A stretch of DNA of 54,848 nucleotides. It comes from a virus. Its lineage: Duplodnaviria; Caudoviricetes. Location of the stretch: positions 1-54,848 of IMG/VR virus record IMGVR_UViG_3300031603_000004, one strand, 5' to 3'. Shown here in pieces: positions 1 through 10,699 of the stretch; the stretch's first letter is position 1, and each line of letters begins with the position of its first letter. A program made the position numbers and the translations under genes. The notes below the pieces were generated by a model, which saw only the letters and a list, made by a program, of their open reading frames with translations, made no database searches and had not been told where the DNA came from.

Positions 1-772
1 TAAAACCGTGAAATTCATAATCCCAATCTTGTTTAACTCCTGTGTTAAATGACACATCACTGCCGGCCATAATTACAGGAGTTAAACTATCAACTGTTTT
101 CTGGTCTCTGTCCCCAGATGGATAACAACCACTTCCGTTAAAATCATCGAACATTTCCTGCATGTCTTTATAATCTTTAGTTGTAAGTTGTTCATTTCCA
201 TCTTTGTCATTGCTTGCCTCGTAATAAACTTTGGAATATTTTCCATTCTCGTCTTTGCAAAACTGGTTTTTAATAAGAAATTCTTTCTTATTATTTGTCT
301 GCTTCTGCTGATACCAATTATATAATCTTGGAGTGGTATTAGCATCTTCTTTAATAGAATAATAATCACTTGAGAAATCTTCTGGAATAGTAATTCCTTT
401 GCCTTCTGTTGGCATTTTAGGATTAATTCCTAAAAACTTCATTTTCAATATTTCTGTATTGATAATTGCATCTTCCGCAATATTTCTTAAAGTAAAATTC
501 TGTAACTTTTCATGAATATGAAGATGGTGTTTAAACACATGTTGTGCTTCATGAATTAAAACAAAGTAAAGTTCTTCCAGAGGGAGATCAATAAAGTTTT
601 GTGTGTAATGAAATTGAACTCTATTGTTCTTGTAATTTACTCCAGCAAATCCATCACCTAACAACTCACCATCATCTTTTGTGAAATCAGAATTGATTAT
701 AAAAAGATAAATGAGTGGTTCTTTATCCATTAGATAGAACGATAGTTTTGATATGATTTCTGGTCGTGTCAT
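1..772 (-). CDS. Putative metallopeptidase (DUF2201-like, partner of MoxR-type AAA ATPase); runs off window start
   Basis: Hand translation from ATG 772: MTRPEIISKL...FVLIHEAQHVFKHH...NIAEDAIIN, containing HExxH and the N-x-A-x-D-x-x-I-N motif; not in ORF track because it is truncated. Confidence 0.65.
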   Translation of the reverse strand, partial: MTRPEIISKLSFYLMDKEPLIYLFIINSDFTKDDGELLGDGFAGVNYKNNRVQFHYTQNFIDLPLEELYFVLIHEAQHVFKHHLHIHEKLQNFTLRNIAEDAIINTEILKMKFLGINPKMPTEGKGITIPEDFSSDYYSIKEDANTTPRLYNWYQQKQTNNKKEFLIKNQFCKDENGKYSKVYYEASNDKDGNEQLTTKDYKDMQEMFDDFNGSGCYPSGDRDQKTVDSLTPVIMAGSDVSFNTGVKQDWDYEFHGF

Positions 773-802
773 TAATCCCCCTGAAAGCTTTACTCTTAAT
801 TA

Positions 803-831
803 ATTATATCAAATTATTCTTTTTTTGTCAA
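803..831 (-). promoter_or_regulatory. Early sigma70-type promoter, first of about 22 copies (TTGACA-AAAAAAGAATAA-N5-TATAAT)
   Basis: Perfect -35 TTGACA, 17-nt spacer, -10 TATAAT; same motif repeats through the - strand region. Confidence 0.9.
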
Positions 832-1581
832 TTTATTTGCTAACAGTTCTAATTCTCCAACTATCCTTTCTGGACTGATGTTACTGGAAAGTAATTCTTG
901 AACTTTCCAATTTAGTTCAGTCATTTGGTCAAATATTTCCATAGTCCAAACTAATCCTGTTATTTCATGAAGTATTCTATCTATCCCTTTAGCAAACTCT
1001 CTTATTTCAAACTGAGCATGCTCATGTAATCTTAGTTCAAGAAAATGTAATAAGTTTCTAAAATCAACAGTGAAATAAAACTCTGTATATATAGAAGAAG
1101 GTAAAACTATTCTTGCCATTTCTTTGGCTACTCCAGTATCTATCATGTGTTCATAAGTATTGAAAGTATCTTCCATTGCTAAGTTATACCCTTCAGTATA
1201 AGTTTCATTATCTTCATGGGCAAAAGCTTCTCCGGAACCCTGATGATTTGTTTTTCCTTGCAATCTCCATTCTTTAGGAACATAATAATCTTCTTCAACT
1301 TGACTATATCTCTGACTGTATTCATTCGTTGAGAATGTTCTATGTCGAAGATATTGTTTCATTACAAAATTAGGAACCTTTGCGTGAAATGTAAATACTA
1401 CTTGTTCGAAAGGAGTCATGTGTTTATTTTTATATAAATATCTAATCAACCCTCTATCCTCTTTATCTCCTTTAGCGGCAACTCCGCCAGTTGAGACACG
1501 AGCGGATTGGAGGATGCGATAATCATCACCCATTGAATCGACGAGCGAAACGAAGCCATGATCTAAAAATTCTTCTCTCAT
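814..1581 (-). CDS. thyX: FAD-dependent thymidylate synthase
   Basis: H-x-T-PFE, RHRTFSTNEYSQRY ThyX motif, KEMARIVLP, LRLHEHAQFEIR. Confidence 0.95.
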   Translation of the reverse strand: MREEFLDHGFVSLVDSMGDDYRILQSARVSTGGVAAKGDKEDRGLIRYLYKNKHMTPFEQVVFTFHAKVPNFVMKQYLRHRTFSTNEYSQRYSQVEEDYYVPKEWRLQGKTNHQGSGEAFAHEDNETYTEGYNLAMEDTFNTYEHMIDTGVAKEMARIVLPSSIYTEFYFTVDFRNLLHFLELRLHEHAQFEIREFAKGIDRILHEITGLVWTMEIFDQMTELNWKVQELLSSNISPERIVGELELLANKLTKKE

Positions 1582-2276
1582 TTATTTTCTCCCTTATAAT
1601 ACTGCCAATGATATCCACCAGCAGTTTTTCTTCTTCCTCTTAAGCAATCGCTTATAGCGCTTCTATGTATTTTTAATATAGTATATGCGCTTTTAACGCT
1701 TTTATATATTATGCCTGTTTCTATACAAAAAACTTGCTTAGAATTAGCTTTTATTTTTTTAAGTATAGTTTCTTCACTTTGCTTTTTACCAATTAGACTT
1801 ATTTTATTAGCATCACCTATTTTTCTTTTAGTTTCATCGCTTACTGAACGCCCTGTATTAGAAATACTAATCCTTTTTTTAGTCTCTTCTGATAACTTTC
1901 TTCCTAACCCTCTTCCTTTGTTAGAGATGCTAATCTTTCTTTTAGTTTCTTCGCTTACGAAATTGTTTTTCCCGCCTGTATCTAAGTTATATCCATAATT
2001 CAAATCACACGATTTAGCTTCTTTTATGTATAGTATTTCTAAGTCATTTAATTCTTCCTGACTTTTAGAATTGTCTAAAAGTTCATATCTAAAGTTCCCT
2101 TCTCCATATTTTAAGTAAGACCTTTGTAGATGCATATTATGATGCTTATTATTCTTTAAATCTTGTTTATGTCTATCCCATCTTCTTCTATAATCTTTTT
2201 GCCTTGTTTGACCTATATAAACTTTTCCGTTTATTAAGTTTTCTATTTTGTAAATATGTCCTATAAAATCTTTCAT
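1578..2276 (-). CDS. GIY-YIG homing endonuclease with NUMOD3/NUMOD1 repeats
   Basis: HIYKIENLINGKVYIGQT; repeated SEETKRKIS; C-terminal KTAGGYHW. Confidence 0.9.
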   Translation of the reverse strand: MKDFIGHIYKIENLINGKVYIGQTRQKDYRRRWDRHKQDLKNNKHHNMHLQRSYLKYGEGNFRYELLDNSKSQEELNDLEILYIKEAKSCDLNYGYNLDTGGKNNFVSEETKRKISISNKGRGLGRKLSEETKKRISISNTGRSVSDETKRKIGDANKISLIGKKQSEETILKKIKANSKQVFCIETGIIYKSVKSAYTILKIHRSAISDCLRGRRKTAGGYHWQYYKGENK

Positions 2277-2395
2277 AACTTTATCTTTACAAGTTCTACA
2301 AAACCATCATTCATCATCTCCCTTATCCAAATTCTCTATAATTTTTATTATACAAAATATTACTATTGCCATTAAAACTAAAGCTATTCCTTGCA

Positions 2396-2587
2396 TTAGC
2401 TTGCTTTTTCTCTTACACCCCATTTGGGTTCCGCATAAACACTTAGTTCAGCGAAGACATCATATTCATCCAAGAAATTAATAGACAATTCATAATCTTC
2501 CTTATCTGTATAAATATATAATATGTTATCTTTTGAACCTGCTGTTTTAATTTCTTCATTTTTTATCTTGTTGTAAATCTCTAGCAT
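2396..2587 (-). CDS. Hypothetical protein
   Basis: ORF in co-directional operon. Confidence 0.55.
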   Translation of the reverse strand: MLEIYNKIKNEEIKTAGSKDNILYIYTDKEDYELSINFLDEYDVFAELSVYAEPKWGVREKAS

Positions 2588-3311
2588 TAATTTCCTCTTG
2601 CTTTTTTTCTAGTTCATGGGTCGCCCATTCCATAATCCCATCATGTTGTATTTTTGACTTAGTAAATAAACTGATAGTAGGATTTAACTCTGATCCATCT
2701 GTGTTATAGAATTGTCCATATTCAATCCTATCTTCTAAGTAACTTTTCAAAAACTTAAAACTAATCTCTAATTTCTTTAGTCCTGCATCTCCGTGCTGCT
2801 TATAATACTGCTCAAGATTTTTTCTATCTCCTTTTGATAAAGAATAATTAGCATTGTTAATCCATCCGGATTGAACATTACCTTTTATATCCACATCTAT
2901 ATTCTTACATAAATCCCTATATGATTTCTGGAAGTTTTTAATTACTTCATAAAATTCATTTGCATTAACAGGTAACTTCTTTGGTGCTTGCTGCTCGTTC
3001 TTTCCTTTGATTGGTCTATATTGTAATAATTGATAAGTGTTATGCTTTTTATTATCAACTACTTTTGTAGTCCAATTTAATAGACGATGTTCTTTCAACT
3101 TCCTTTTTAATAAATCAATGTTTCTAACACTACATCCCATATCTTTTGCAAGAGTTTCTCTTGCAGGGAATGCTGTAACTTTATCTCTTGCATAACTTAA
3201 TAGAATTAAGTATAGTCTCATTGACGAATTATCAATGAGACTATTTATTAGTAAAGATCTTTCAATTGGAACTTTCCAATCTATCTTTTTATATTTAAAA
3301 ACATCTGGCAT
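2556..3311 (-). CDS. Helix-turn-helix DNA-binding protein (replication-initiator-like N-terminus)
   Basis: AFPARETLAKDMGCSVRNI...LKEHRLL HTH_36-like pattern. Confidence 0.6.
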   Translation of the reverse strand: MPDVFKYKKIDWKVPIERSLLINSLIDNSSMRLYLILLSYARDKVTAFPARETLAKDMGCSVRNIDLLKRKLKEHRLLNWTTKVVDNKKHNTYQLLQYRPIKGKNEQQAPKKLPVNANEFYEVIKNFQKSYRDLCKNIDVDIKGNVQSGWINNANYSLSKGDRKNLEQYYKQHGDAGLKKLEISFKFLKSYLEDRIEYGQFYNTDGSELNPTISLFTKSKIQHDGIMEWATHELEKKQEEINARDLQQDKK

Positions 3312-3509
3312 TTAGTCTGATCCTATTAGTAATACTCCACCTAGTATTCCAGCAAAAGTTCCAATAAGAAGATACCAATTTTCAGCAAGAAATTGTCTTT
3401 GTAACTCTTTCATTTGAACCATAATATCCCATCCTAATACAATCATCAATATAAGCTGAATTACTCCTAGTACTAGAATAAATACTCCACCTGCTCTTGC
3501 TAATCTCAT
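3312..3509 (-). CDS. Small membrane protein
   Basis: Two hydrophobic segments. Confidence 0.6.
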   Translation of the reverse strand: MRLARAGGVFILVLGVIQLILMIVLGWDIMVQMKELQRQFLAENWYLLIGTFAGILGGVLLIGSD

Positions 3510-4987
3510 ACTGCTACCTTCTTCTTTTTCTTGTCTTGAACATCAAATAGTTCCTGATCACTTGTGTAATAATATCCTTGATATGAATTCTTATATCTAT
3601 CATTAATACTATATAACATTTCTCCAAGATCTTTAGCTGCATCACCTTTAACATTACCTAATTCATAAATAAATACAGTTAAATCTTCTGCAGGGATGTT
3701 CGTATCAGTAATGAAGGTTGATAAATTTAGTGCAGGAAGCTTTACTCCATTTTCACCATCCCAGTTATCAACTTCTTTAATTGAGTGAGCCACAGACAGC
3801 AGAAGATACAGCATAGCTCCTTTTTTCTCCGATAATTTCTTTATTTTATCACGAACAGCAACATAATTAAATAATACATCTTCCGGAAGAACTCTGTTCT
3901 CAGCGAAGTAAACATATTTACCAATGATGTCCTGAACAACTTCTATACCATTCTTAATTCCAAACTCACTGATATTATTTATCAATGCTTTGATTTGAAC
4001 ATTAGGATTTTGGTAGAAAGATGCAAAAGTTTCATCAGGAGTAACATTTTTTTCATTCCACATCTGCATAATATCAAAAATCATATTGTTAGCAACTAAA
4101 GTCCATGCTCTTGGAGACATGGTTGAATCGCCCTCTTCATCATCATCGTCATTATTATTCTTTGAGATTAAGAAAGGAGCTTCAACATTTCCTTCTTCCA
4201 TAAACTTATCAAAAATATAGTAACAAAGTATAGATGGAATTCTTGTAGGCAATTCAATATTACCCCACTGAAAAGTTTTGAAAGCAAATGAACTTAACCA
4301 ACTAGGTGCGTTATAACCGATATAAATATTTCTATGCCATCTCTCAGCAGTTGCTGTATCGAAATTATTGACTGCGTTAAAAGAAGAGACATTCTTTTGA
4401 AGCTTTCTATTTCCAGAGCCGATAATGACTGTCCTTTTTGGAAGAGTGTATTTCTCAGACTTACCAGTTTCTTCATTATAATCTGCACTACCACCGATTT
4501 CTCCACTAAGAACTAAGTTCATAACAGCAGCCATACTTTCTGTATCTGCTTTATTGTATTCATCTAAATGTAAAATCCATAATTCATCATTATCAGTTGG
4601 AGGAAGAACTGTAGGCTGTGCTAACCTAACAACAGTTTGTTCTTTTTTATTTTTATGTAAATAAGGAAACCCTTGCAGTTCCTCGATTGGAATCTTCTGT
4701 ATTTCCAACTTATGATAAACGGCATTTTCTTTTTCAGCAATCTGTTTTATAATCATCGATTTGCCAACGCCTGTTTCGCCATAAACAAAAAGAGAGTGTA
4801 ATGTTTCATCAATAAAGATATTATCTTTAGTTAATTTTATAACTCTTCTTACTTCTTTTTTCAAATCTTCATATGTTGAAGGTTCTGTATTTATGGCTTT
4901 TGTAATACCCTTTTTAATACCCTCTATATCAAAATTACTACTTACATTCTTTTGTAGATCAAAGTATAGTTTTGAATACTCTTTCAT
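3506..4987 (-). CDS. MoxR-like AAA+ ATPase
   Basis: Walker A GETGVGKS, Walker B ILHLDEYN, sensor GSGN, SPRAW. Confidence 0.8.
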   Translation of the reverse strand: MKEYSKLYFDLQKNVSSNFDIEGIKKGITKAINTEPSTYEDLKKEVRRVIKLTKDNIFIDETLHSLFVYGETGVGKSMIIKQIAEKENAVYHKLEIQKIPIEELQGFPYLHKNKKEQTVVRLAQPTVLPPTDNDELWILHLDEYNKADTESMAAVMNLVLSGEIGGSADYNEETGKSEKYTLPKRTVIIGSGNRKLQKNVSSFNAVNNFDTATAERWHRNIYIGYNAPSWLSSFAFKTFQWGNIELPTRIPSILCYYIFDKFMEEGNVEAPFLISKNNNDDDDEEGDSTMSPRAWTLVANNMIFDIMQMWNEKNVTPDETFASFYQNPNVQIKALINNISEFGIKNGIEVVQDIIGKYVYFAENRVLPEDVLFNYVAVRDKIKKLSEKKGAMLYLLLSVAHSIKEVDNWDGENGVKLPALNLSTFITDTNIPAEDLTVFIYELGNVKGDAAKDLGEMLYSINDRYKNSYQGYYYTSDQELFDVQDKKKKKVAV

Positions 4988-5238
4988 TATTTACTCCAAC
5001 TTTTGTGAGGATATGGACAAACTTCTTGTGAAGGACATTCATCACAGTATCCTGTTGTTTTATTTAAAATACAACCCAAAATCCCTTTTGATACTGGAGT
5101 AGTCCAATCAAACAAAACTGGAATGTGTTCAGCAGCGAGTGTGCATAGATTTTGGAGCTCTTCTTTTTCTGCTTCATCCCATTTTTCTTTTTTATTTCTT
5201 AGGTCGTTAATTTCTTCTTCTGTTAAAATGTATTGCAT
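4987..5238 (-). CDS. Hypothetical Cys-rich protein
   Basis: ORF after promoter 5265-5293; CDECP...CP. Confidence 0.6.
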   Translation of the reverse strand: MQYILTEEEINDLRNKKEKWDEAEKEELQNLCTLAAEHIPVLFDWTTPVSKGILGCILNKTTGYCDECPSQEVCPYPHKSWSK

Positions 5239-5275
5239 TATTCCCCCATTATATTCGTTAATTAATTATAACAAA

Positions 5276-6196
5276 TTATTCTTTTTTTGTCAAGCAAATT
5301 ATTGCTTGTTTAATATCTTCATTAGAATTCCAATAAGGAACTCTAATTAAATTAATATTGTTATTTAAACAATAATTAGTTTTAATATTATCTCTTTTTT
5401 TTCTTATTTCAAATTCTTTTTCTCCGCCAAAAAAGTCAATTGCTTTAAAGTGTTGTCTCCCATCATATTCTATAACTGTATTATATTCTGAGAGATAAAA
5501 ATCAAAAGGTAATGGTCTTTTGTGTTTGCATTTATTGAAAGTTTTCTGCCTGACATAATTTATATTGTTTCCATCTAAATAACTTTTTATTTGTAACTCA
5601 CCTTTGGACGAATTACAAATAGGACATCCATGATTTAATAAATGGCTAAACGGGGCTTGAAAAAAGCTGCTATGAATAGGACAGATTATCTCTATTTTAG
5701 TTTGTGAATTAATATAATTAACTTTTGAATAATCATATTTATTATTATGAACCTTATTAGCTTTTTCTATAAAAGTATTATTGGTTAATTTATATGTAAT
5801 TCTACATTTATTACAACCGTTTTTATTTAAATGGTCGTCGGGTCTTTGCAAAAAACTGCCATGAATAAGGCAGATAATTTCTATTTTTGTTTTATTATTA
5901 ATATAGTCGACTTTTGAATAATCATATTTATTATCATGTATTTTATTTGCTTCTTCAATAAATTGAATTAATGTCTTCTTTAATTTTTTTGAGGTTACTT
6001 CTCTTCCACATTTATTGCAACCTTGTTTTAAATATAAATGATTCATAGGAGCTTGCCAAAAACTACCATGAATAAGGCAGATTATTTCTACTCTTTTCTT
6101 TTTATTAATATAATCAACTTTTGAATAATCATATCTATCTCCATGTATATTAATTGCATCAATTATAAATTCTTTCGTAGTTTTTCTTCTTGGCAT
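5276..6196 (-). CDS. Free-standing homing endonuclease (repeated YDYSKV/CxxHG...GCxxC units plus C-terminal Vsr/DUF559-like nuclease)
   Basis: Three YDYSKVxY-IICxxH-GCxxC repeats; FDFYL...IEYDGRQH. Confidence 0.85.
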   Translation of the reverse strand: MPRRKTTKEFIIDAINIHGDRYDYSKVDYINKKKRVEIICLIHGSFWQAPMNHLYLKQGCNKCGREVTSKKLKKTLIQFIEEANKIHDNKYDYSKVDYINNKTKIEIICLIHGSFLQRPDDHLNKNGCNKCRITYKLTNNTFIEKANKVHNNKYDYSKVNYINSQTKIEIICPIHSSFFQAPFSHLLNHGCPICNSSKGELQIKSYLDGNNINYVRQKTFNKCKHKRPLPFDFYLSEYNTVIEYDGRQHFKAIDFFGGEKEFEIRKKRDNIKTNYCLNNNINLIRVPYWNSNEDIKQAIICLTKKE

Positions 6197-6201
6197 TTAT
6201 G

Positions 6202-6990
6202 CTATTGCTTGTTTGAAACAGCCGCTTGCCTCAAAAAATTTATAGGGTCTATGAAAACTCCATCTTTTTTAACTGCATAATGCAAGTGAGGGCCAGTAGA
6301 TACACCACTGTTTCCAAGATAACCAATTACTTGACCTTTTTTAACCAAATCGCCTTCATGAACAATTACTCTTGACATATGAGCATATTCAGTTTCAATT
6401 CCATTCTTGTGTTTAATTACTACCCATTTGCCCATGATCCAATGTTGAATCCAATTATCTTCAACATATCCATCAGCTGTAGCAATTACTGGATCTGCCC
6501 AGTTGGTTACTAAATCAATTCCTTCATGTTTTGTAATCTTTCCAGTAATAGGAGAAAATCTATCTCCAAAGCCTGAAGAAATTGCTATTCTATTTGTGCT
6601 GAATAGAGGCCAAATATTTGGTAGATCATTAAAGTATTCAGTTCTTTCACCAAAGAAGTTATCTAAATCATTTAACATATCGGTGAAATCATTATTGAGA
6701 GTTAACATATCTTCATATGACTTAATGTTAAAAGCATTAGCTTCTTCTACTGTGAAACCACCAGTAAATAGATAGGAATCTGTCATTTTTACATTCTCTA
6801 CAATTTTTACAATAGTATCTTCATATTCAGTTTTTTGTGAGTTCAGTTGTGCATTTAATATTACTACTTCATTAGTTAATATATTCTCAGTATTTATTCC
6901 ATCGAAATAGATTGTACCCATATGTAAAAATAATAACGCTATTGTAGCTATTTGAATAGCTACAACTGTTTTCTTTATAAATTTAATCAT
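6202..6990 (-). CDS. M23 family peptidase with N-terminal membrane anchor
   Basis: HEGIDL, YAHM, STGPHLHY. Confidence 0.9.
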   Translation of the reverse strand: MIKFIKKTVVAIQIATIALLFLHMGTIYFDGINTENILTNEVVILNAQLNSQKTEYEDTIVKIVENVKMTDSYLFTGGFTVEEANAFNIKSYEDMLTLNNDFTDMLNDLDNFFGERTEYFNDLPNIWPLFSTNRIAISSGFGDRFSPITGKITKHEGIDLVTNWADPVIATADGYVEDNWIQHWIMGKWVVIKHKNGIETEYAHMSRVIVHEGDLVKKGQVIGYLGNSGVSTGPHLHYAVKKDGVFIDPINFLRQAAVSNKQ

Positions 6991-7192
6991 TTTTTCATCC
7001 TTTTCACAATAATACCATATTATTCTTTTTTTGTCAACTGTATGCTTTATCTTTACTATTTAAGTGTCATGGAGCAATTATTTGCTTGTGGCAAAGAGCA
7101 AAATATTGCTCGTTAATAATAAGCATGGCGGAGTTTCTAAAGAAAACTCCTAAGTAGAAGTTTTAAAAACATATATAAAATATCTAAGATTA

Positions 7193-7201
7193 GTAAAGAT
7201 A
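7193..7201 (+). promoter_or_regulatory. Putative phage late promoter GTAAAGATA
   Basis: Same GTAAAGRTA motif at 10666, 12621, 14846 (+) before structural genes and at 2282, 7048, 41174, 43901 (-). Confidence 0.6.
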
Positions 7202-7234
7202 ATTACAGATGATAACTAATATAAGGATTAAACA

Positions 7235-9667
7235 ATGATCAAAGAGACTTTCAGAAGAATAGAATACAGTGATGAAACTAAGTTTCTTAAGACAGATAAT
7301 AGAATAGAATTAAAAGAATACTCAGAGGACTTAATTTTCTTAGCTAACTATAACAGTAGTTTAGAAGCTAACTTTTCAGAAGGAGTAGCTACTCCAGTAA
7401 CTACAGGTTCACCTGAAAATGCCGATTTTGATTCATTTGGATTAACTCAGCATGCAAATTTAAAAGGTTCTTTAACGTATGAGTATACAGGATTTACTTC
7501 TCTTAATGAAGAGGGAAGAATCTCATTTAGACTTAGTTCAGGATTTGATAATGTATATGGAGAACAAATATTTAAAAACGAAGATCCGTTAACAGTAGTA
7601 GAAACTACTGTTTATGGATTTAAATTATACCTTGATGGAGTATTTCAAGCAAATTTATCAATTTCTTTAGACTCTGGAGCAACTAAGATAGATGTATTTA
7701 ATGCGTTTACTACAGAAGTTGCTTCTTACGCAAACGTAGCATATGATAACTTAAAAATAAAGATGGTATCTTTAGCACTAGCTCAATTAGTTAATATAGA
7801 AGAACCAGATACAGGAGAATCATTAATTACATTAATGGGTGGAGTAGAAACTCCAGTAGTTCCAAATGGTCCAAGTGCAAATATAGATTTTCTTAAACTT
7901 AAACCAGCAGCAAATTTAAATAACACAATAATATTAACACATACTACAGATAGTCATATATTAATAAAAATGTATAATTCTACTGGAACATTAATAGTAG
8001 ATGAAGATGCTGGAATATGGTCAAATACATCAGCAGTATATAATTCATTTGAACTATCTTGGAATGAAAGTATAGGGCAATTATTTATAGGTGGAATTTT
8101 AAAACATCTATTCTTAACAGGATTCACTAGAGAAGGATCTGTAACTGATTTAGTTATTCAAGGTATTGATACAACTGATTATCATAAGATTGATGAAGTG
8201 ATATTAAAAAATACTTTTGGAAACACTAAAAATTATACCCCAACAACTATTCCATTAACACCATACAGTGCTGAAAATCCATATGTAGATATTTTCTTTG
8301 GTGATGGATTTAAGGAAAATGAGGTAACTGATTTAACTATCAATTCTTCTGTTGGTACAAACTTCATTGTTAAAATAGGACATACTTGGTATTATTATTT
8401 TTCAAGTGCTTGGAGAGCAAGCGATGGTACATTTGCTCAATCAACATCAACTGATATATTTGAAACTCAATTTTCAAGTTTATTTTTTAACGAGAACTAT
8501 GATTTAGATGTAAGAGTATTTTTTCATACGGATGGAATTGAAACTGTATGGATTGATGAATTTTCTATTATAACAGAAGCCGGTAATGAAGCAGCAGCTT
8601 ACATTACAGGAACAGTAGCTATTACAGGAACAGTAGATTTATCTACTAATAGTTCTGTAGAAATTACAACTAACCTTGGAAATGTAACTGTAGATTTAGC
8701 AAGTTCTGCTGTTGATTCTTCTGTTACGACTCTTGCAGAAATTAAACAAGCAATTGATGATGCTGCTGTTCCGGGGTTAGCTTCAGCTTCTGATGATGGA
8801 GATGGACATTTAGTTTTATTAAGTTCAAGCACAGGAAATGATGCAATAGTTGCAATAGATCATTCTGCTTTAAATGATGTTTTAGATTTAGTTTGGGATA
8901 CTGAAGGATCTACTGATCTTGGAGAAGACACAGAGATAGTAAGTGAATTTTCAGATTATGGAGTTTTATATAATTGGGTAAGAAGTTCTTTAGGAGCACC
9001 TTTAGTTCCTGTAGAGTTAACTGATGAGCAGTTAGATAATTGCATTGCTTCTGCTGTATATCATTATAATAAATGGAGAAACTTTAGCGAGAATGTAGAA
9101 AAAACAACTCTAACGGGATCTTCAGATTCCGGATATGAAATTCCTGCAATAACAGGTGGAGTAGACAATATTACAGATATTATTTTATCTCCAAGATATC
9201 CAACCTCATATTATAATGGAAGATCGGAATTAATGTCAAATCTTTATATTCAAGCTATTTATGATAGTTCCGGAATTATGGCAAATGCTGCTGATTATCA
9301 TATAGCATTAGTTGCATCTAAAGATCTTAATATGATCTTAAATACAGGGATTACTTGGGAATTTATAGATAATAAATTATTTTTATATCCAACTCCTCCT
9401 CCTTCATTAATGGTAGGAATTAAATACAAAGCACCTTTATCACTAAGTGAGATAGTTAATAGTCAATCAATAAAAGATTTTACATTAGCAGAAGCAAAAA
9501 TTGCTCTTGGAAGCATTAGAAGCACTTTTGGGAATGCTATACCTGGAGGTGACGGAATGTTACAGCTCAACGGTGGTGAGTTAAAGCAAGAAGGCAAACA
9601 AGAGAAAACAGATTTACTTGCATCTTGGAAATCAAGCACAAATTGTTACGAGTTCTTGATTGGGTAA
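7235..9667 (+). CDS. Neck protein (T4 gp13-like C-terminal domain) with large N-terminal extension
   Basis: From about aa 575: SLGAPLVPVELTDEQLDNCI...AEAKIALGSIRSTF..IPGG..LQLNG. Confidence 0.75.
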   Translation: MIKETFRRIEYSDETKFLKTDNRIELKEYSEDLIFLANYNSSLEANFSEGVATPVTTGSPENADFDSFGLTQHANLKGSLTYEYTGFTSLNEEGRISFRLSSGFDNVYGEQIFKNEDPLTVVETTVYGFKLYLDGVFQANLSISLDSGATKIDVFNAFTTEVASYANVAYDNLKIKMVSLALAQLVNIEEPDTGESLITLMGGVETPVVPNGPSANIDFLKLKPAANLNNTIILTHTTDSHILIKMYNSTGTLIVDEDAGIWSNTSAVYNSFELSWNESIGQLFIGGILKHLFLTGFTREGSVTDLVIQGIDTTDYHKIDEVILKNTFGNTKNYTPTTIPLTPYSAENPYVDIFFGDGFKENEVTDLTINSSVGTNFIVKIGHTWYYYFSSAWRASDGTFAQSTSTDIFETQFSSLFFNENYDLDVRVFFHTDGIETVWIDEFSIITEAGNEAAAYITGTVAITGTVDLSTNSSVEITTNLGNVTVDLASSAVDSSVTTLAEIKQAIDDAAVPGLASASDDGDGHLVLLSSSTGNDAIVAIDHSALNDVLDLVWDTEGSTDLGEDTEIVSEFSDYGVLYNWVRSSLGAPLVPVELTDEQLDNCIASAVYHYNKWRNFSENVEKTTLTGSSDSGYEIPAITGGVDNITDIILSPRYPTSYYNGRSELMSNLYIQAIYDSSGIMANAADYHIALVASKDLNMILNTGITWEFIDNKLFLYPTPPPSLMVGIKYKAPLSLSEIVNSQSIKDFTLAEAKIALGSIRSTFGNAIPGGDGMLQLNGGELKQEGKQEKTDLLASWKSSTNCYEFLIG

Positions 9668-10399
9668 ATGATGAAAAGAAAAAAAAGGACTACTGAACAG
9701 TTTATAGAAGAATCTATTATAGTTCATAATAATAAATATGATTATTCTAAAGTTAATCTTATTAACATGTCTAGTAAAGTAGAAATAATTCATCCTACTC
9801 GTGGTTCTTTCTGGCAAACTCCTAGAAATCATCTACAAGGATTTAATCATAAGTTTAATAAAACTACTGAACAATTTATTAAGGACGCAAAAAATATACA
9901 TGGTAATGAATATGATTATTCAAAAGTTGATTATATTAAAGCAATTGAAAAAGTAGAAATAATTTGCCTCAGTCACGGAAGTTTTTTTAAAACTCCAAAC
10001 AATCATCTAAGCAAAAAGCAAGGTTGCCCTTTTTGTAAAAATATTTCTAAGGGAGAGTTACAGATAAGAAAATATTTAAATAATAATAATATAAAGTTTA
10101 TTGAACAAAAAACTTTTCCAAGATGTAAGTATAAGCAAGTATTACACTTTGATTTTTATTTGCCAATAAAGAATACATGTATAGAATATGATGGAAGGCA
10201 ACACTTTATTCCTATAGAAAGATTTGGAGGAGAAAAAGAATTTAAAAAAAATCAATTGAGAGATAATATAAAAGATGATTACTGTAAAGAAAATAATATT
10301 AATTTATTAAGAATACCATATACAGAATTTAATAAAATAGATGATATTTTACAGGATAGGATAAATGATGAATATAGAAATTTTATTAGAAGACTTTAA
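9668..10399 (+). CDS. Homing endonuclease (same family as 5276-6196)
   Basis: YDYSKV repeats, GCPFC, FDFYLP...IEYDGRQH. Confidence 0.85.
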   Translation: MMKRKKRTTEQFIEESIIVHNNKYDYSKVNLINMSSKVEIIHPTRGSFWQTPRNHLQGFNHKFNKTTEQFIKDAKNIHGNEYDYSKVDYIKAIEKVEIICLSHGSFFKTPNNHLSKKQGCPFCKNISKGELQIRKYLNNNNIKFIEQKTFPRCKYKQVLHFDFYLPIKNTCIEYDGRQHFIPIERFGGEKEFKKNQLRDNIKDDYCKENNINLLRIPYTEFNKIDDILQDRINDEYRNFIRRL

Positions 10400-10664
10400 A
10401 ATAGAAATAGTTGAAGCAAAAGTAACTCCTAAAAACTTGAAGAAATGGAACTTAGAACAAATTAAAAGGTTTAGAGAGTTTTTAGAAGATAATAAAAAAT
10501 CTTTAGTAAGTACTAAATTAGATGATAATATGAGTTTATTGATGAAGTATGCTGAATGGTTTAGAGCATACAAGAATGATAAAGGACATATTCCTTCCTA
10601 TGAATCAAATCCAACATTAAAATGGCTTAAAAAATATAAAACAAAGAGAAAGAATAATTCTTAA
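10365..10664 (+). CDS. Hypothetical protein
   Basis: ORF in late operon. Confidence 0.6.
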   Translation: MMNIEILLEDFKIEIVEAKVTPKNLKKWNLEQIKRFREFLEDNKKSLVSTKLDDNMSLLMKYAEWFRAYKNDKGHIPSYESNPTLKWLKKYKTKRKNNS

Positions 10665-10699
10665 TGTAAAGATATAGTATAAACATACGAGGAAATAAA

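Noticed and set aside
2273-2317. Mini-ORF MMNDGFVELVKIKL resembling the ThyX N-terminus
   Set aside because: Match is only about 7 aa and overlaps a late-promoter motif and a neighbouring gene end; could be an insertion scar but cannot be supported
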